From Epithemia pelagica (Eukaryota > Protista > Bacillariophyta), in contig OX337232.1 of NCBI GenBank assembly GCA_946965045.2, forward strand, positions 1,054,001-1,118,000: 64,000 bases of DNA, in the 5' to 3' direction. The notes beneath the pieces were generated by a model. It was not told the DNA's origin and searched no databases. It saw only the letters and a list, made by a program, of their open reading frames with translations. The position numbers and the translations under genes were made by a program. Every line of letters begins with the position of its first letter. Position 1 is the first letter of the stretch. Of this stretch, positions 33,201-44,600 are shown in pieces.

Positions 33201-33585
33201 GGAGTTGGATCTGGGATGGAACGACCATCTTTTGCGGCTTGAAGATCTCCGAGTTTGATCAAGCGGTCGATGAATGCGGCGCTTTTCTTATTTCTCCAAA
33301 GTCTCTCCGCTTCTTTGGCTTCTTCTTGGAGTTCCTCCCTGCGCTGAGCGACCAGCTCTTTCAGCGTCATCTTGCTATGAAATATGATTGCTCCTCCGTC
33401 TCGTTATTTAGGTAGTTATGATGGTTTGGTCTCGGCAATCATTGCGCTCAAAGAGGAGGAGGCCTGTCACCTCTTGCAGTACCGTACAGTGTGTCATTAG
33501 ACTTTTGTGCATACCTTGATAAGACTTTTGTGCATACCATGCATACATGGACCATGGACCGCCCTTCACGGTCCACGGCTGTCAT
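30284..33585 (-). repeat. Right arm of the 3.3-kb inverted duplication (partner 23903-27220)
   Basis: agagacgtgaaagaaattga at 30284 through ccacggctgtcat at 33585 is the reverse complement of the left arm. Confidence 0.95.
30833..33370 (-). CDS. CR-type P-loop NTPase, copy 2 (845 aa)
   Basis: Colinear, ungapped paralogue of 24126..26663 with the same Walker A and B motifs. Confidence 0.7.
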   Translation of the reverse strand: MTLKELVAQRREELQEEAKEAERLWRNKKSAAFIDRLIKLGDLQAAKDGRSIPDPTPMESAGNNSKIGSEENALDRTGNFSTMEDLIRFAAQCSKTNEDTVFFRVHWGEQKFARHDEEYINDELSRSKSKLTEITARWRCQGAETTADKVFELEETTKEEVEDFFGLRDDIAAVKTFLDAGLVPLKEKDTKSSLNIAKVDTSFVETDPPNAAHYFRSTRALDKSYVIVVTGESGSGKSVFACQQALDLEYYVLYQALTADIFKNAYPNPNKQFPALNALLQSVIDNIKEKDDLVTTDQDDLDVLHDLKKQLKISRNSWARSVFTAAIDSVKARAKEGDAADKWLSGRWKSNNKPDKVAIVIDEATDIDLVSGLIAVGQEIMGEYSFLAKHGGNVQLVLAGVGLDAIEIPGRVGTNPKPAKLVTMKGPIVEKVIKREIVSEEVQKALERGVFARVLKTNTRMFFRSVLPILQLDVHVEDAEYEDEPDKKKARLEDRLVEVGSFRALMDHAPRFYVTQNTVGDLQKKGSLNGLLLQSFSVHLIKSMESHEPNDEVLKENWEQELALVRGFKCYKDFDQCSEHHIYSKGLASRHGTSNALKFLACFGLTCQLRATFGGEFEEMTALHFMRYMQTQGYEPRRVILKHAWPPKRTKGDIAGQITRLGNILEEQGETEKECLLQLRSQPAAGKWCYVFSQGTASAQGGHVLALILDMRIKEETGELTGIGELETIQCKHFASSPSPNVCRAWWHSLGVDFEENGGFTLSPERGSAGYSYMGLTAFRKVLSQWLPGVDIKIGKRTLAMSFETPPSFPIPKSESCRAWFREMFAPTISVLPLEEASECTDEER

Positions 33586-33897
33586 GACAGCACGCTGCTT
33601 CCTCCTACTCCGAACCGACCCATCAAAATTATACCCCTGCTACCCGGATATCGTTTGCGAGAAATCCCGAGAGTTCTGTTGCCATTTTCATCATGGTGAT
33701 GAGGGAGCGCATCGTACTTTTTGACTCCCAGACACCCGATGAGGAGTGGTAAGAAGAGCTGCCCCCTTTTCCGCCCCCTCACCATGACACACAAAATTTT
33801 CAATCGAAGAACCAGATAGACCATTGTGGCAACACAACGCGAATCCTTCTTGTCTCTCTCTCTCTCTCTCATATCATATCATATCCTACAGGCCTCC

Positions 33898-35175
33898 ATG
33901 TCGAGCTCGACATCCTCCATTGATCCTGAAAGTTGGAGGGAAGGGAATCATCCGGCGCCAGCATGTCGAAACCCTGAGGAAGCGTGTCTTGAGGAAGCCC
34001 CCATCGCTCCCTCAGCATCCCTTTCCGCTGTCCCTGCCACCAACACCAACACCAACACCACCGACCAATCCTCGTCGTCCCCACGATTGCGAGTCTGGGC
34101 CTCTCCCTGGGTTCTCATGTTGGTCGCTCTCTATGCCTTTGCGATTCCATGGATGGTGCAAGCCATTTTGTTTCGATACTTTGTCAAGCCCCAATGGGGT
34201 GCCGCCCTGCCCGGTTTGGATACGACCCTGTGGCGCAAGTGTACCATGCGAGGTCACATGGCCATGGGTGCCATTTCCTTGTTGCTGGGACCCTTGCAGT
34301 TTGTGTCCTGGATCCGACGGCAGTGTCCCACGGTCCATCGGTGGTCGGGTCGCCTGTATTGTACCTGTGCCATGCTTTCCAGTGTGTTTGGCCTAACCTT
34401 TATAGGGCTCAAGGGAACCTTGGTAGGAGGCTGGAACATGACTGTGGCATTTGCCTGTGCTGGATCGACGATTGGGATTCTGGCCTGTATGGCCTGGCAA
34501 ACGGCACGGGCTGCCGCTCAAGGAGCCTCGGCGAAAGATTGTACCAGTCATCGGAATTGGGCCATTCGCAGCTACAGTCAAATTTTGGCTCCCATGTTGT
34601 ATCGGTATTGGTACATTTGTGTGACCGTCTTTGACTTGTACCAAACACCAGTACCACCGCGCATGGGGGGAACGTGTCGGAGCGACGACATTTGTCCCGA
34701 CTATTTGAGACTGTGGGATCAAGTCCATTGTTGGACCTACTGGCTTTCCTCCCTCCTTGTCGCCGAACTCGTAATTTACAATTTGCCCCCAGTCCCTCCG
34801 AAACTGCCAGAACAAATCAACACCACCGCTACAGTGGATGCGACACTTGTCGTCGTCGCAGATGCCTCCGAGGTGGTTGCACTTCCGTCATCACACCACC
34901 ACGAAGAAGAAGAACAACAACAACAACAAGAGGACGGATCAGAAGATCCTGGTTCGACGACTTTTGTTTCGACCGAAACTCCCTTGCTCCCTCATAGGGG
35001 CGGAAATCCTTGGACGACTGCAAGAGTTCGAGAACGACACCAACAAGAAGAACAACACGTTTCAACAGACTCACCGGCCATGGTGAACCTCCTGGGGTGG
35101 TCCTTGTCGGTCGTCACGGTGGCAACCACGGTGAAATTCTACGTTTGGGCCATGAGCCAAACCGAGAATGCGTAA
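33898..35175 (+). CDS. DUF2306 family membrane protein
   Basis: GHMAMGAISLLLGPLQF..IRRQCPTVHRWSGRLY; HRNWAIRSY; several TM helices. Confidence 0.8.
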   Translation: MSSSTSSIDPESWREGNHPAPACRNPEEACLEEAPIAPSASLSAVPATNTNTNTTDQSSSSPRLRVWASPWVLMLVALYAFAIPWMVQAILFRYFVKPQWGAALPGLDTTLWRKCTMRGHMAMGAISLLLGPLQFVSWIRRQCPTVHRWSGRLYCTCAMLSSVFGLTFIGLKGTLVGGWNMTVAFACAGSTIGILACMAWQTARAAAQGASAKDCTSHRNWAIRSYSQILAPMLYRYWYICVTVFDLYQTPVPPRMGGTCRSDDICPDYLRLWDQVHCWTYWLSSLLVAELVIYNLPPVPPKLPEQINTTATVDATLVVVADASEVVALPSSHHHEEEEQQQQQEDGSEDPGSTTFVSTETPLLPHRGGNPWTTARVRERHQQEEQHVSTDSPAMVNLLGWSLSVVTVATTVKFYVWAMSQTENA

Positions 35176-35259
35176 TCCTAGTGTTGGGTGGCGGGGGAAA
35201 CCCCTCCTAGGAGCCGTCCCGAGTATTGCTCTCCCAGCGGCATACCCTACCATGGTCCA

Positions 35260-35430
35260 ACACTGGCGTGAGCTCGTTACGTTTCACAGTCACGAGAGCC
35301 ACGATTGCCGAGGCGACAATTCGGCGCATCTACATGTTCGCGGCAACAATGACTGCTACACTCACCATACAAAATACCACAGGGGTATTTCCTTGGTCAA
35401 TGGACGCTAATAGCTTCTGGATCGAAAAAG
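35260..35430 (+). pseudogene. Inverted relic of the 3' end of the beta-trefoil-like gene
   Basis: Translates ELVTFHSHESHDCRGDNSAHLHVR...ISLVNG versus ELLALHNHYDGDQRDENSAYVHVR...ISMVNG at 16160-16320 (-). Confidence 0.65.
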
Positions 35431-35628
35431 AGTCAGGAATTGACGGAAACTAATCTTTGTGTAAAGTGTGTCAAGAGAAATGTTGTAACAAACACATGTG
35501 AAATAGAGGCACTCCATGTACAGATCGTCCATCAACAACAAACACTTGCGCGAGATGTCGCATGGGATTGGTTTCCTGGGTTGATTTGCTTGCGATACCG
35601 GCTGTACCATTCAAGGTGGAACTGCAGA

Positions 35629-35900
35629 ACGAAGCAACAATGAAACACTATCACGCCATAGAAGCACGACAGTTTCCCTTGTGGAATCCTTCGTCCTTGT
35701 CGCCTCCTCCACCGCCAACAACAAACAAGACGAGGATGGGTCTCCAACCTACCACGTACCTTCGAGTGCAGACGCGATTCTGGTTCAAGCACAAGCGGCA
35801 ACAGGATGTGGAGGAGGAACATGGTATGTACAGCAGGTTGGAGAACCGTACTTTTAGAGATAGTTTTTGTTGGTTGTGTGCTTTTTCTGGGACATGGTTG
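35629..35900 (+). pseudogene. Inverted relic of the GRDP exon 1 end plus intron
   Basis: Matches the reverse complement of about 27820-28136 (cagacgcgattctgg, ggatgtggaggaggaacatggta.gtacagcaggttggagaacc, ttctgggacatggttgcgt) with a deletion and frameshift; includes intron sequence. Confidence 0.8.
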
Positions 35901-36125
35901 CGTGGTCTGAGTTCACCCCTTCTAGTCGCAAAGGTTTTGCTATTTTCGCTCAAGAACAATGGAAAAACTAGAAGATCACTCGTAGAATCAATAACTTGAT
36001 TTGAGTTACGACCTATATACAATACTCTTCTCCATCAGAACTAACAAGGAAGTGCCACTTCTAATACAACGACATGGTTTGTTGCGTGATCGTGCGAAAT
36101 TTCAGTAGCTTTCGAAATCATCTCT

Positions 36126-38731
36126 TCATACCATGGCCAGTTCGGGTTCTTTCACTTCTTCCTCTTTTTCTATTGCCACTGCCTCGTTTGTTCTTTCCTC
36201 TTGGGCTTGCACTCTCAGCGCTTTTCGAGAGGCCGAGAAGCGCTCCAGTTCTATGGGAGCATCTTCACCAGTGATGAGAGAAGCCATGCAATCCCCAATC
36301 AGCGGGCCAAACTTGAAGGCCCGACCACTTCCGCCCGAAAAGACTGCCACCTTGTCCGAAACCTTGTCCATGACAAAATACGAGTCCTCCGTCATGGTGT
36401 AGGGTGATGTGAAGGATTCGACGCGGTCTTCGACGTCCGGAAGGTGCTCGGCAACCCATCCGTCCATCAAATCAAGAATGGTTTGGGACCCCTGGTAGTC
36501 AAAGGTTTCCATGCCCTCCAAGTCTCCTCCCGACGGAAAGTCGACACCCACCTTGACGTACGTGTATTCATCCTCTTTGCCATTCTCGGTCTTGAGAGAT
36601 TCCGTGGCACTCGCGGGAAAGACGTAGTACAAACCCCCATCTTCCTTGCTTTGTCCCTTGCGAAAGTGAAAGGCCTGGGGAATCGAGGCGGCCACAGATT
36701 TCTTCACGCGGTAATGAGCCCATTGGATTTCCCACACCTTGAGGTTCAGCTTGGGGAGTCCGGCGGATTCCAGAACGCTGTTGGTCCACGGTCCAGCAGC
36801 AATGACTGCGTTATCGGCCTTGATTGTCAGGCCGTCTTCGGTGGTGGCGGTCACTCCGTCCTCGTGAACGTCCAGAGAAGTGATTTTCGTGTTTACATGG
36901 ACATCGCAAACGTCGCTAGCAATCTTCGCCATGGCGGCACAGGCCTTGGAGGCCTTGATGTGACCGGCATCGGCTTCGTAGACTCCGCTGTAGGGCATAC
37001 CCTCGCATCCCTTGAGAGAAGGATATTCCTTGGCAATCTCTTCTCCGGTTTCGAAAAAGGTGTGCTGCAGATTCAGATTCTCCATTGTCTTTTTGGCACC
37101 CAAAACAGACCCTTCAACGGTTTCTCCCGTGTCTTCTCCATAGAAGAGGAGACCATTCTTCTGTAGTAGGGTTTCACCGCTCTTGTCTTCGACGTCCTTC
37201 CACCTTTCGAGAGCGGTAGCTTGCATCTTGCTGAAGAATTCATCCGAATACATTTTGCGGTACATTCGAGAATCGCCATTGCTACTGGCCGTGGATGGCG
37301 CCAGGGATGCTCCTCTTTCGACCAAAATCGAGTTGACGTTCTTTTCCCCGAGGGCAAATGCCGTGCTGCATCCGGCCATTCCTCCCCCAACGATCAAAGT
37401 TTCGGTTTTCTTGGTATTTTCTTCGATCCATTCGGGAAAGGTCTTTCCGATGGGATCTCCCTTTCGAGAAGGAACCACATCAGCCGTGACGGATTCCATT
37501 TTATCGGCATTCTTTCCGGAGAGCTCGACCATATTCCGTGCTTTCTGTTGGCTCAATCCGCGGATCCATCCATACATGAGTGTGGGTTCGACGGTTTGGT
37601 AGAGGTCAATGTCGTACCACTCGACCGAATCGGCTAGAATGGCTCCGGCGCTCGAAATGCTCTCGGGCACGTGGAACACGCCGCGTTCGGCAAATGTAGA
37701 TTTTGCCTCGGTCGAGGCAAAGGGAGAATTCGTCGCTCCCGTGCAAAACTTGATTCCTTCGGGAAAGGTCGCAGCGACTTGTTCGGTAATGGCGAGGGAG
37801 TTGGCACACGGCACCAAGAAATCACACGGTGTGGAGGCCCAATCCTCAATGGGTGTGCATCCCGCAATGTTCGAAGCACCCTCACGAATGTCACAGGTCT
37901 GGACCTTTTTGGCACCCAAGCGAACCAGCTCCTTGGCGACGGTGGATCCAACCTTTCCACATCCCTGGACGGTAAATGTCAGGTCGGAAATCTTGACGCC
38001 ATCGTCACTGTGTGATTCGATCAATCCGAGAATACTTCCAATCACCGAGGCGGCAGTTGCAACGTTGGTATCGACAGCGGAATCTCTTCCTGCCAGAACA
38101 TATTGTTCATTGGTGGCTTCGGTAAGATAATCCATATCAATATCACAGGTATTCAAATCACATCCTGTGTAGACAGATCCAGAAAGAACTGTAGAAAGCG
38201 AGAGGGGGAAAATTGTTAAAAAAGGAATTCGGAAAATGGCAGGTAATTCGAGAAAATAAACATTGTATCCTTACCTTCGAGTGCTTTCGCAATATCTTCC
38301 ATCAGTGCTTTTCGTTTGATCTTGTCGAGAGGAATATCGGAGTTGGCCACCAATTTAGCTCCCGAGAAGCCAGTGCGAAACATGTCATGTTTGCGGGTCA
38401 TTCCTTCCGCCAATCGAACGGCATCATCAATGGCGTCCTTGTCCGATTGGTAATCGAGCAATCGAATTCCACCGTTGCCAGGACGTTCGTGGTCGAAATC
38501 CCCGTCCGTCGCAATGTACAATGTGATGCCCTCCTGCCGGACGGGTGCTTCAAAGACCTTGGCGGACCGAACCGACTCCACCAGGTGAAAGAATTCGTGG
38601 ACGGCCTGGTTAATGTCGGGAAACGACGCCGTTGGCGGCTTTCGGGCAAAGGAAGACAATCCATTCACCGAGGAGACGATTAGAACCCCGAAAACGATTG
38701 CCGAACGTATAGCAGAGCGAAACGAAACCAT
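36126..38731 (-). CDS. Fusion: Glu/Leu/Phe/Val dehydrogenase plus monomeric sarcosine-oxidase-like FAD enzyme, probable plastid presequence, 2 exons, 839 aa
   Basis: GNGGIR...RLAEGMTRKH..GFSGAKLV; intron 38189-38274 restores KALE-VLSGSVYTGCDLNT; VQGCGKVG; DFLVPCA; then IVGGGMAG, SSNGDSRMYRKMY, YTMTEDSYFVMD, GGSGRAFKFGPLIG. Confidence 0.85.
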
Positions 38732-39385
38732 GCTGTCCTTGTGGTTGTGGTTGTAGCTCTGGTTTGTCTTTTGCGGGAAGCTAACTTATGAAGAGACGCA
38801 TGGCAACGCATTGCTGAGTCCTCCTACGAGGGAACTGCCGCACATAATCTCGGATCTTTGGCATCTGTCCTGAAAAAAGTTGACTCAGATTTGTGAGCCC
38901 AACTCAACGCCAATTACGCATGTGTGGTATGTGGTGTCGCCTCGACATCCAATTTATTGGGTGGAGGAGGTCTCTCCGTAGTTCGTTTCAATCCTTTCGA
39001 GGAGGGTCGCCCGGCGTGAAAGAAGGAATAATATGCCCTCCTTGACATATGCCCTTTTCGATAGCTTAGGACGAGAATAGCGCATGCCATTGAAAACATA
39101 TGCCTGTAGAGTCATCCTCCCCATCGCGCCGGGGGACCGTCCAAAAGGAATACAATGGAGAGGACCGACCACGGCCTGTCACTCTCTCTGACGCACAAAC
39201 TATTACTCAGCGACAATAAGAATATTTGGTTCGAACGTCATTTGAAAGTCTAACACGACAACCAATGACTTTTTAGATCCAAACCTGTTTTAGTGAAAAT
39301 GTGAAGTGGGTTTGTTTCATGTGAAAGTATGAGTGGTTCTCAAAGTTCCAAAATATCAAACAATAGCTCATTCGACACTTGAATC

Positions 39386-40744
39386 ATGACAACCATAATG
39401 ACGATGAAGCCCCGCATGAAACGAATTATCAGTGCCTCGATTGCTACCATCTGCAGCACCTCTCTGAATGGGGCCACGGCGGCGTTTGCGTCGAACGTCC
39501 CGACCCCCATGGAACACGTCCACACCCCCGTCGGAACAGACGGCGAGGGTGAGTACACGGCCGCGACCAAGGGTTGTTTTGATGTGATTGAGGCAGCGAG
39601 TCCGTTAATCTTGCAACAAGTTTGTCGGCAACCGATTCGTGAAGGTCAGGCCTTTCACGTGGCGGATTATGGAACCGCCGATGCGGGGACTTCGTTGGGG
39701 TTGCTTTCCAAGGTCGTCCGTACCGTACGAGAACGAACGAATGCCGAGGAAAAAGAAGTCGTCATTCACTACGAGGACCAGCTCAACAACGAGTGGAAGA
39801 GTGTCTTTAATCATGCCCTCGGATACAAAAAAGTGACAGATGCCTATAACACGGAAATCGATACGCCGTATAATCTTGGAGGGGTATTTGTCGAAGCCAA
39901 TGGGGTCGGCTTCCACAATCAGTGTTATGCTACTGGATCGATCGATTTGGGTGTGAGTTTCACCGCCATGCACTGGTTGAGCTCATCGCCCTCGTCTCTC
40001 AAAGGATCTTTGAAATATATGCATGCGGCGAGATGCCCCGACGGGCCACCCGAGGGCGAAAAATTGCAAGCCGCACAAGACTGGTACAAGATCCTCCAGG
40101 CTCGATCCAAGGAACTCACCAAGGGCGGACGATTTGTGTGTGTCAACTTTTGCGTTTCCAAAGAAGGATATTTCTTGGGACAAACCGATGTTGGATCGAG
40201 CATGTGGGATTCGTTCCAATCGTCGTGGGACAAGCTCGCGGCCGATGGAATCATTGACGACCAAGAACAATCGGGGGTCTCCTTCCCCAACTACTATCGC
40301 ACCACAGAAGAATTCCTGGCCGGAATTGAACAATGTCCCGACTTGAAGTTGATCACCGCCGAAGAGAAAATTGTTCGGTGCCCGTACCGCGAACAGTTTG
40401 TCGCCGGTAAAACCGACATGAGTCCCCGGGAATACGCCAGGTCCTTTGTACCAGTAAGTCAAATTGCGTCTCCACGCACTTTTATTGTGTGTTGACAGTT
40501 TTTTTTTCCAAAATACAAGAACATCTCACACTCTGAATGATTTTCTTGCCAATCCAATAATTAGACAACCCGAACATGGTCGCATTCGACATTCAAGGCG
40601 GCACTGCGAGACGATAGAACCAATGACGAGAAAGAGAAGATTCTAGAGAAATTCTGGTCCAATTATGAAGACTTGGTAGCTCAATCACCGGAAACTCATG
40701 GCATGGACTATGTTCATTCGTACTTGGTCATTGAAAAGATGTAA
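39386..40744 (+). CDS. SABATH (Methyltransf_7) SAM-dependent methyltransferase, probable plastid presequence, 2 exons
   Basis: FHVADYGTADAGTS; HYEDQLNNEW; S..AMHWLS; DWYKILQARSKELTKGGRF; PNYYRT. Intron 40454-40564; exon 2 TTRTWS...HGMDYVHSYLVIEKM*. Confidence 0.85.
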
Positions 40745-41100
40745 TTCATGAACGACCGCGGTGTACCAATTGGTTGTTCGTGTCCTACGAGTTCTTATAT
40801 CTCTGCGCTTTGCTGCCAACGTGCGAAATTGTTTGTACTATGGAGCAGAAAAATACAGTAGGGTACTAGAATGATAGTCATCAGAACCATTGAATAAAAT
40901 ATCTTTTTGAATATCATTTCCCTCTCCCGCGGGTTGATCCGAACGAGAACAGGAGCAACATGCTCGAGCGCAAAAGCCGGAGAAAAATGACGATGATGAA
41001 CACGAACGCCTTCAAGGCGTTTTGCACCTCCATAATAGGAGTTGCACCTAGCGCAACCGATTGGAAGACTCTCCTGGTACCTCCCAACGGGGATCCAAAA

Positions 41101-41276
<176 letters not shown>

Positions 41277-41635
41277 AACCTTGTCGTTATCGTTCTCCAA
41301 GGAGCATATATCGGCACACATTGTGCGAGACAATATATACCGTCACGTTATCCTCGGATAATAGAAATGGGAGTAGCCAGGATAGCTACCTCATCTGTTT
41401 CCCGCGATGTTCGTAGAATGCTCGCGCAAAAATACATCCAATTCCTATCGCTCTCATATGATATCTTTATTAGAATAATGAAAAGGAAAAAAACTAGATT
41501 CGTGATGGAGCGAGAAGAAGTAGGAATGATGGTTTTCGTTTGTGATCCAAACTGTTCCAAGATACTTCACGCGATCACCATATACGCTTTCATCGTCTTT
41601 TGGGTATATCTTTGTCTCTCCTGAATCCTTGAGCC

Positions 41636-44600
41636 ATGTCGAACAGCAAAGAGAAGGAGGATGAGGCAAGCAGCCCCTCGTCCTTGCCATCCTCTTCTTT
41701 GTCTCCGTGGATCAAGACGAGTGATTTGTTGGTGGACATTTTGATTGAAGAAGGTGTCCAATGGGTCTTTGGCATTCCGGGAGAAGAAAATTTGGATTTC
41801 ACCGAAAGTTTGCGGTTGCGTCAAGATTCGATTCAACTCGTCTTGACGCGTCACGAACAAGCCGCGGGATTCATGGCCGCCACCATTGGTCGGTTGACGG
41901 GGCAACCGGGTGTGGCCTTGTCCACCTTGGGACCGGGGGCAACCAATTTTACCACGAGTGCAGCCTTTGCGCAGCTGGGGGGCTTTCCCTCCGTCTTTGT
42001 GACGGGTCAAAAACCCATTAAAGATTCCAAACAGGCCAATTTTCAAATTATCAATGTGGTGGAAATGATGAAACCCATCACCAAATATTCCCATTCGGTG
42101 GCGTCGGGACACATGTTGGCCTCCACGGTCCGACGAGCCTTTTCGACGGCCGTGACGGAAAAGCCAGGACCTGTGCACTTTGAATTGGCCGAAGATGTGG
42201 CCAGTGAACGTACGAAACGATTAATTTTTGACAAACAGACACCGCGTCGTCCTATTGCCGAACCCAAGGCCATTGCAGCCGCCGTGTCTCTCTTGAAAGA
42301 AGCACAGCGTCCCATTGTCTTGATGGGTGCCGCCGCCAATCGACAACGGGCCATTCGAGCCTTGCGCAATTTTGTGCAAGAAACGGGCATGTATTGGGCC
42401 TGCACGCAAATGGGCAAGGGTGTTTTGGATGAACGTCACGAACAGTTTTTGGGATGTTGTGCCTTGAGTGACAAGGATTTTTGTCATGGAGCCATGGACT
42501 ACAGCGATGTTATTATCCTGATTGGTCATGATGAAAGCGAAAAGCCACCCCTCTTTATGCGGCCTGGACAACGTCGTAAGGTGATTCATTTGGCCTTTAC
42601 ACCGGCCACAGTCGACAATGTCTATTCTCCCACCCTTCAAGTCATTGGTGATGTCGCCAATGCTGTCTGGCAAATTCATCAACAACTAACTGAACAAGGA
42701 ATTTCCTGGAAGAACAAGCAACCAGTCTTTCAACGCTACAAGGAGCTGGCCGATGCCAAATTGCAACAAGGCTTGGACGACGATTCCTTTCCACTCAATA
42801 TTACTCGGGTTTGTGCCGATTTGCGTCGTGTCTTGCCGGAAGATGGTATTTTGTCCTTGGACAATGGTTTGTACAAGGTTATTTTGGCTCGCCTCTTTCA
42901 AGCCTATCAACCCAATACCGTGTTGCTGGACAATGCCTTGGCCACCATGGGCGCTGGAATTCCCAATGCCATTGCCTGTAAATTTCTCTATCCCGACCGC
43001 AAAGTGATTTCCATTAGTGGCGATGGCGGAGCCCAAATGAATTTGCCGGTATGTACTTTCTGTTTTATTGCTTGCGTGTAGACTCTTGCAGTGGATTTCG
43101 GGCTAACCTTTTGGTTCTTTTCACATTTTGGTGTCCTCATCGTTGTCTCCCTTTTCTCGGTTTACCTACTGCACTTTTTTTATTCTATTTCTGCTTTACA
43201 ACTCAGGAACTTGCCACCTGCATCCAATACAATCTCAATGTGGTTCATGTTATTCTAAACGACAATGCCTTTGGAATGATCAAATGGAAGCAGGCGGGAG
43301 CTGGTTTTGAAAATTGGGGACTGGATTTGCAAAATCCCGACTTGGTGGCCTTGGCTGAATCCTATGGATGCAAGGGATACCGTGTCACCAAAGCGGACGA
43401 ATTGGTCCCTCTCTTGACGCAGTGTTTGAACGAACCAGGAACCCATGTCGTGGAAGTTCCCTTTTCCTACCAATGGGTGTCGCAGCACTTGGAAACGATT
43501 CCAGCACAAGTCCAGGAATTGCATCAGATTATTGCCCAAGAATTTGGACTCTTGCATAAGGAAGACTGTTTTCATGGCAGTACCAGTACTGTTTCAGATA
43601 CCAAAGAGTCGGAAGATAAAGGCGACAAGCAGGCCATGGAGGCAGTGTCTGTGACGGCGCCGAAGGTCACAGCAACTCCCTCCATGACTAAACCTGACGT
43701 GCCAACAGCACCGGTACCACCAGCTTCGGTACCCGCCCCAGTCGCACCTCCAAAGCAGTCTCGTGTGGCGGGACAAGCCGATTATTCGGTTCAACCCGGC
43801 AGTACCCTTCCATTCTATCTCGCGGTACGTACTAAACCCAAAACCAAAATGACAGGAAACTTTGGCATTTCATCTAAACAAGCGCGACTGTTGTTGGTTT
43901 TGATGATGCACAGGGCCAACCAGTTACACCCAACGGCGATCTTCCAGTCGTAAACAAATATACGTTGCAAGAGTTTTGCAAAGTCGCATTGGCCGACGAA
44001 GGTCATGTCAATCAGGCCACGGAAATTGCTGCAACCGTAGGAGCCCACAAGATGCGTGCCTTGCCCGCCTATGTGCGACAACAAATTTTGCAAAATGTGG
44101 CCAATGAGGCGACCAAACGTCGGGATGAATTTGGATATTACTTGGCCATTGAAGCAGGAAAACCCATTCAGGATGCTCGTGGCGAAGCCGATCGGCTCAT
44201 TCAAACCTTTCAACTCGCTGCCGAAGAAGCGACGCGTATTTATGGAGAGTATGCTGATCTTGCCATTGCCCCTCGAGCCAAGGGATATACATCTGTGACG
44301 AAGCGAGTGCCCATTGGACCCGTCAGCTTGGTATGTTCGTTTCTTGGTCTTTCCTATGACGCTTATTGGTTTGACGTAGAATGAGTGTGGTCCTTCTCAC
44401 GACTTGCCTATGCTTGTTTTAGATTGCACCATTCAACTTCCCTCTCAACTTGGCGGCACACAAAGTTGCTCCAGCCATTGCTGCAGGTGAGTTCGATACA
44501 GCATGTCCGAATGGCTAGAGACGAACTCTTTTTCTCTCAATAACTCTTGTTTGTTTTGTTTGAAAAGGATGTCCATTTGTCCTCAAGCCAGCTTCCAACA

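Noticed and set aside
23903-33585. Composite transposon interpretation of the inverted arms
   Set aside because: No transposase motif, no short TIRs on the arms and no TSD; kept only as an inverted duplication
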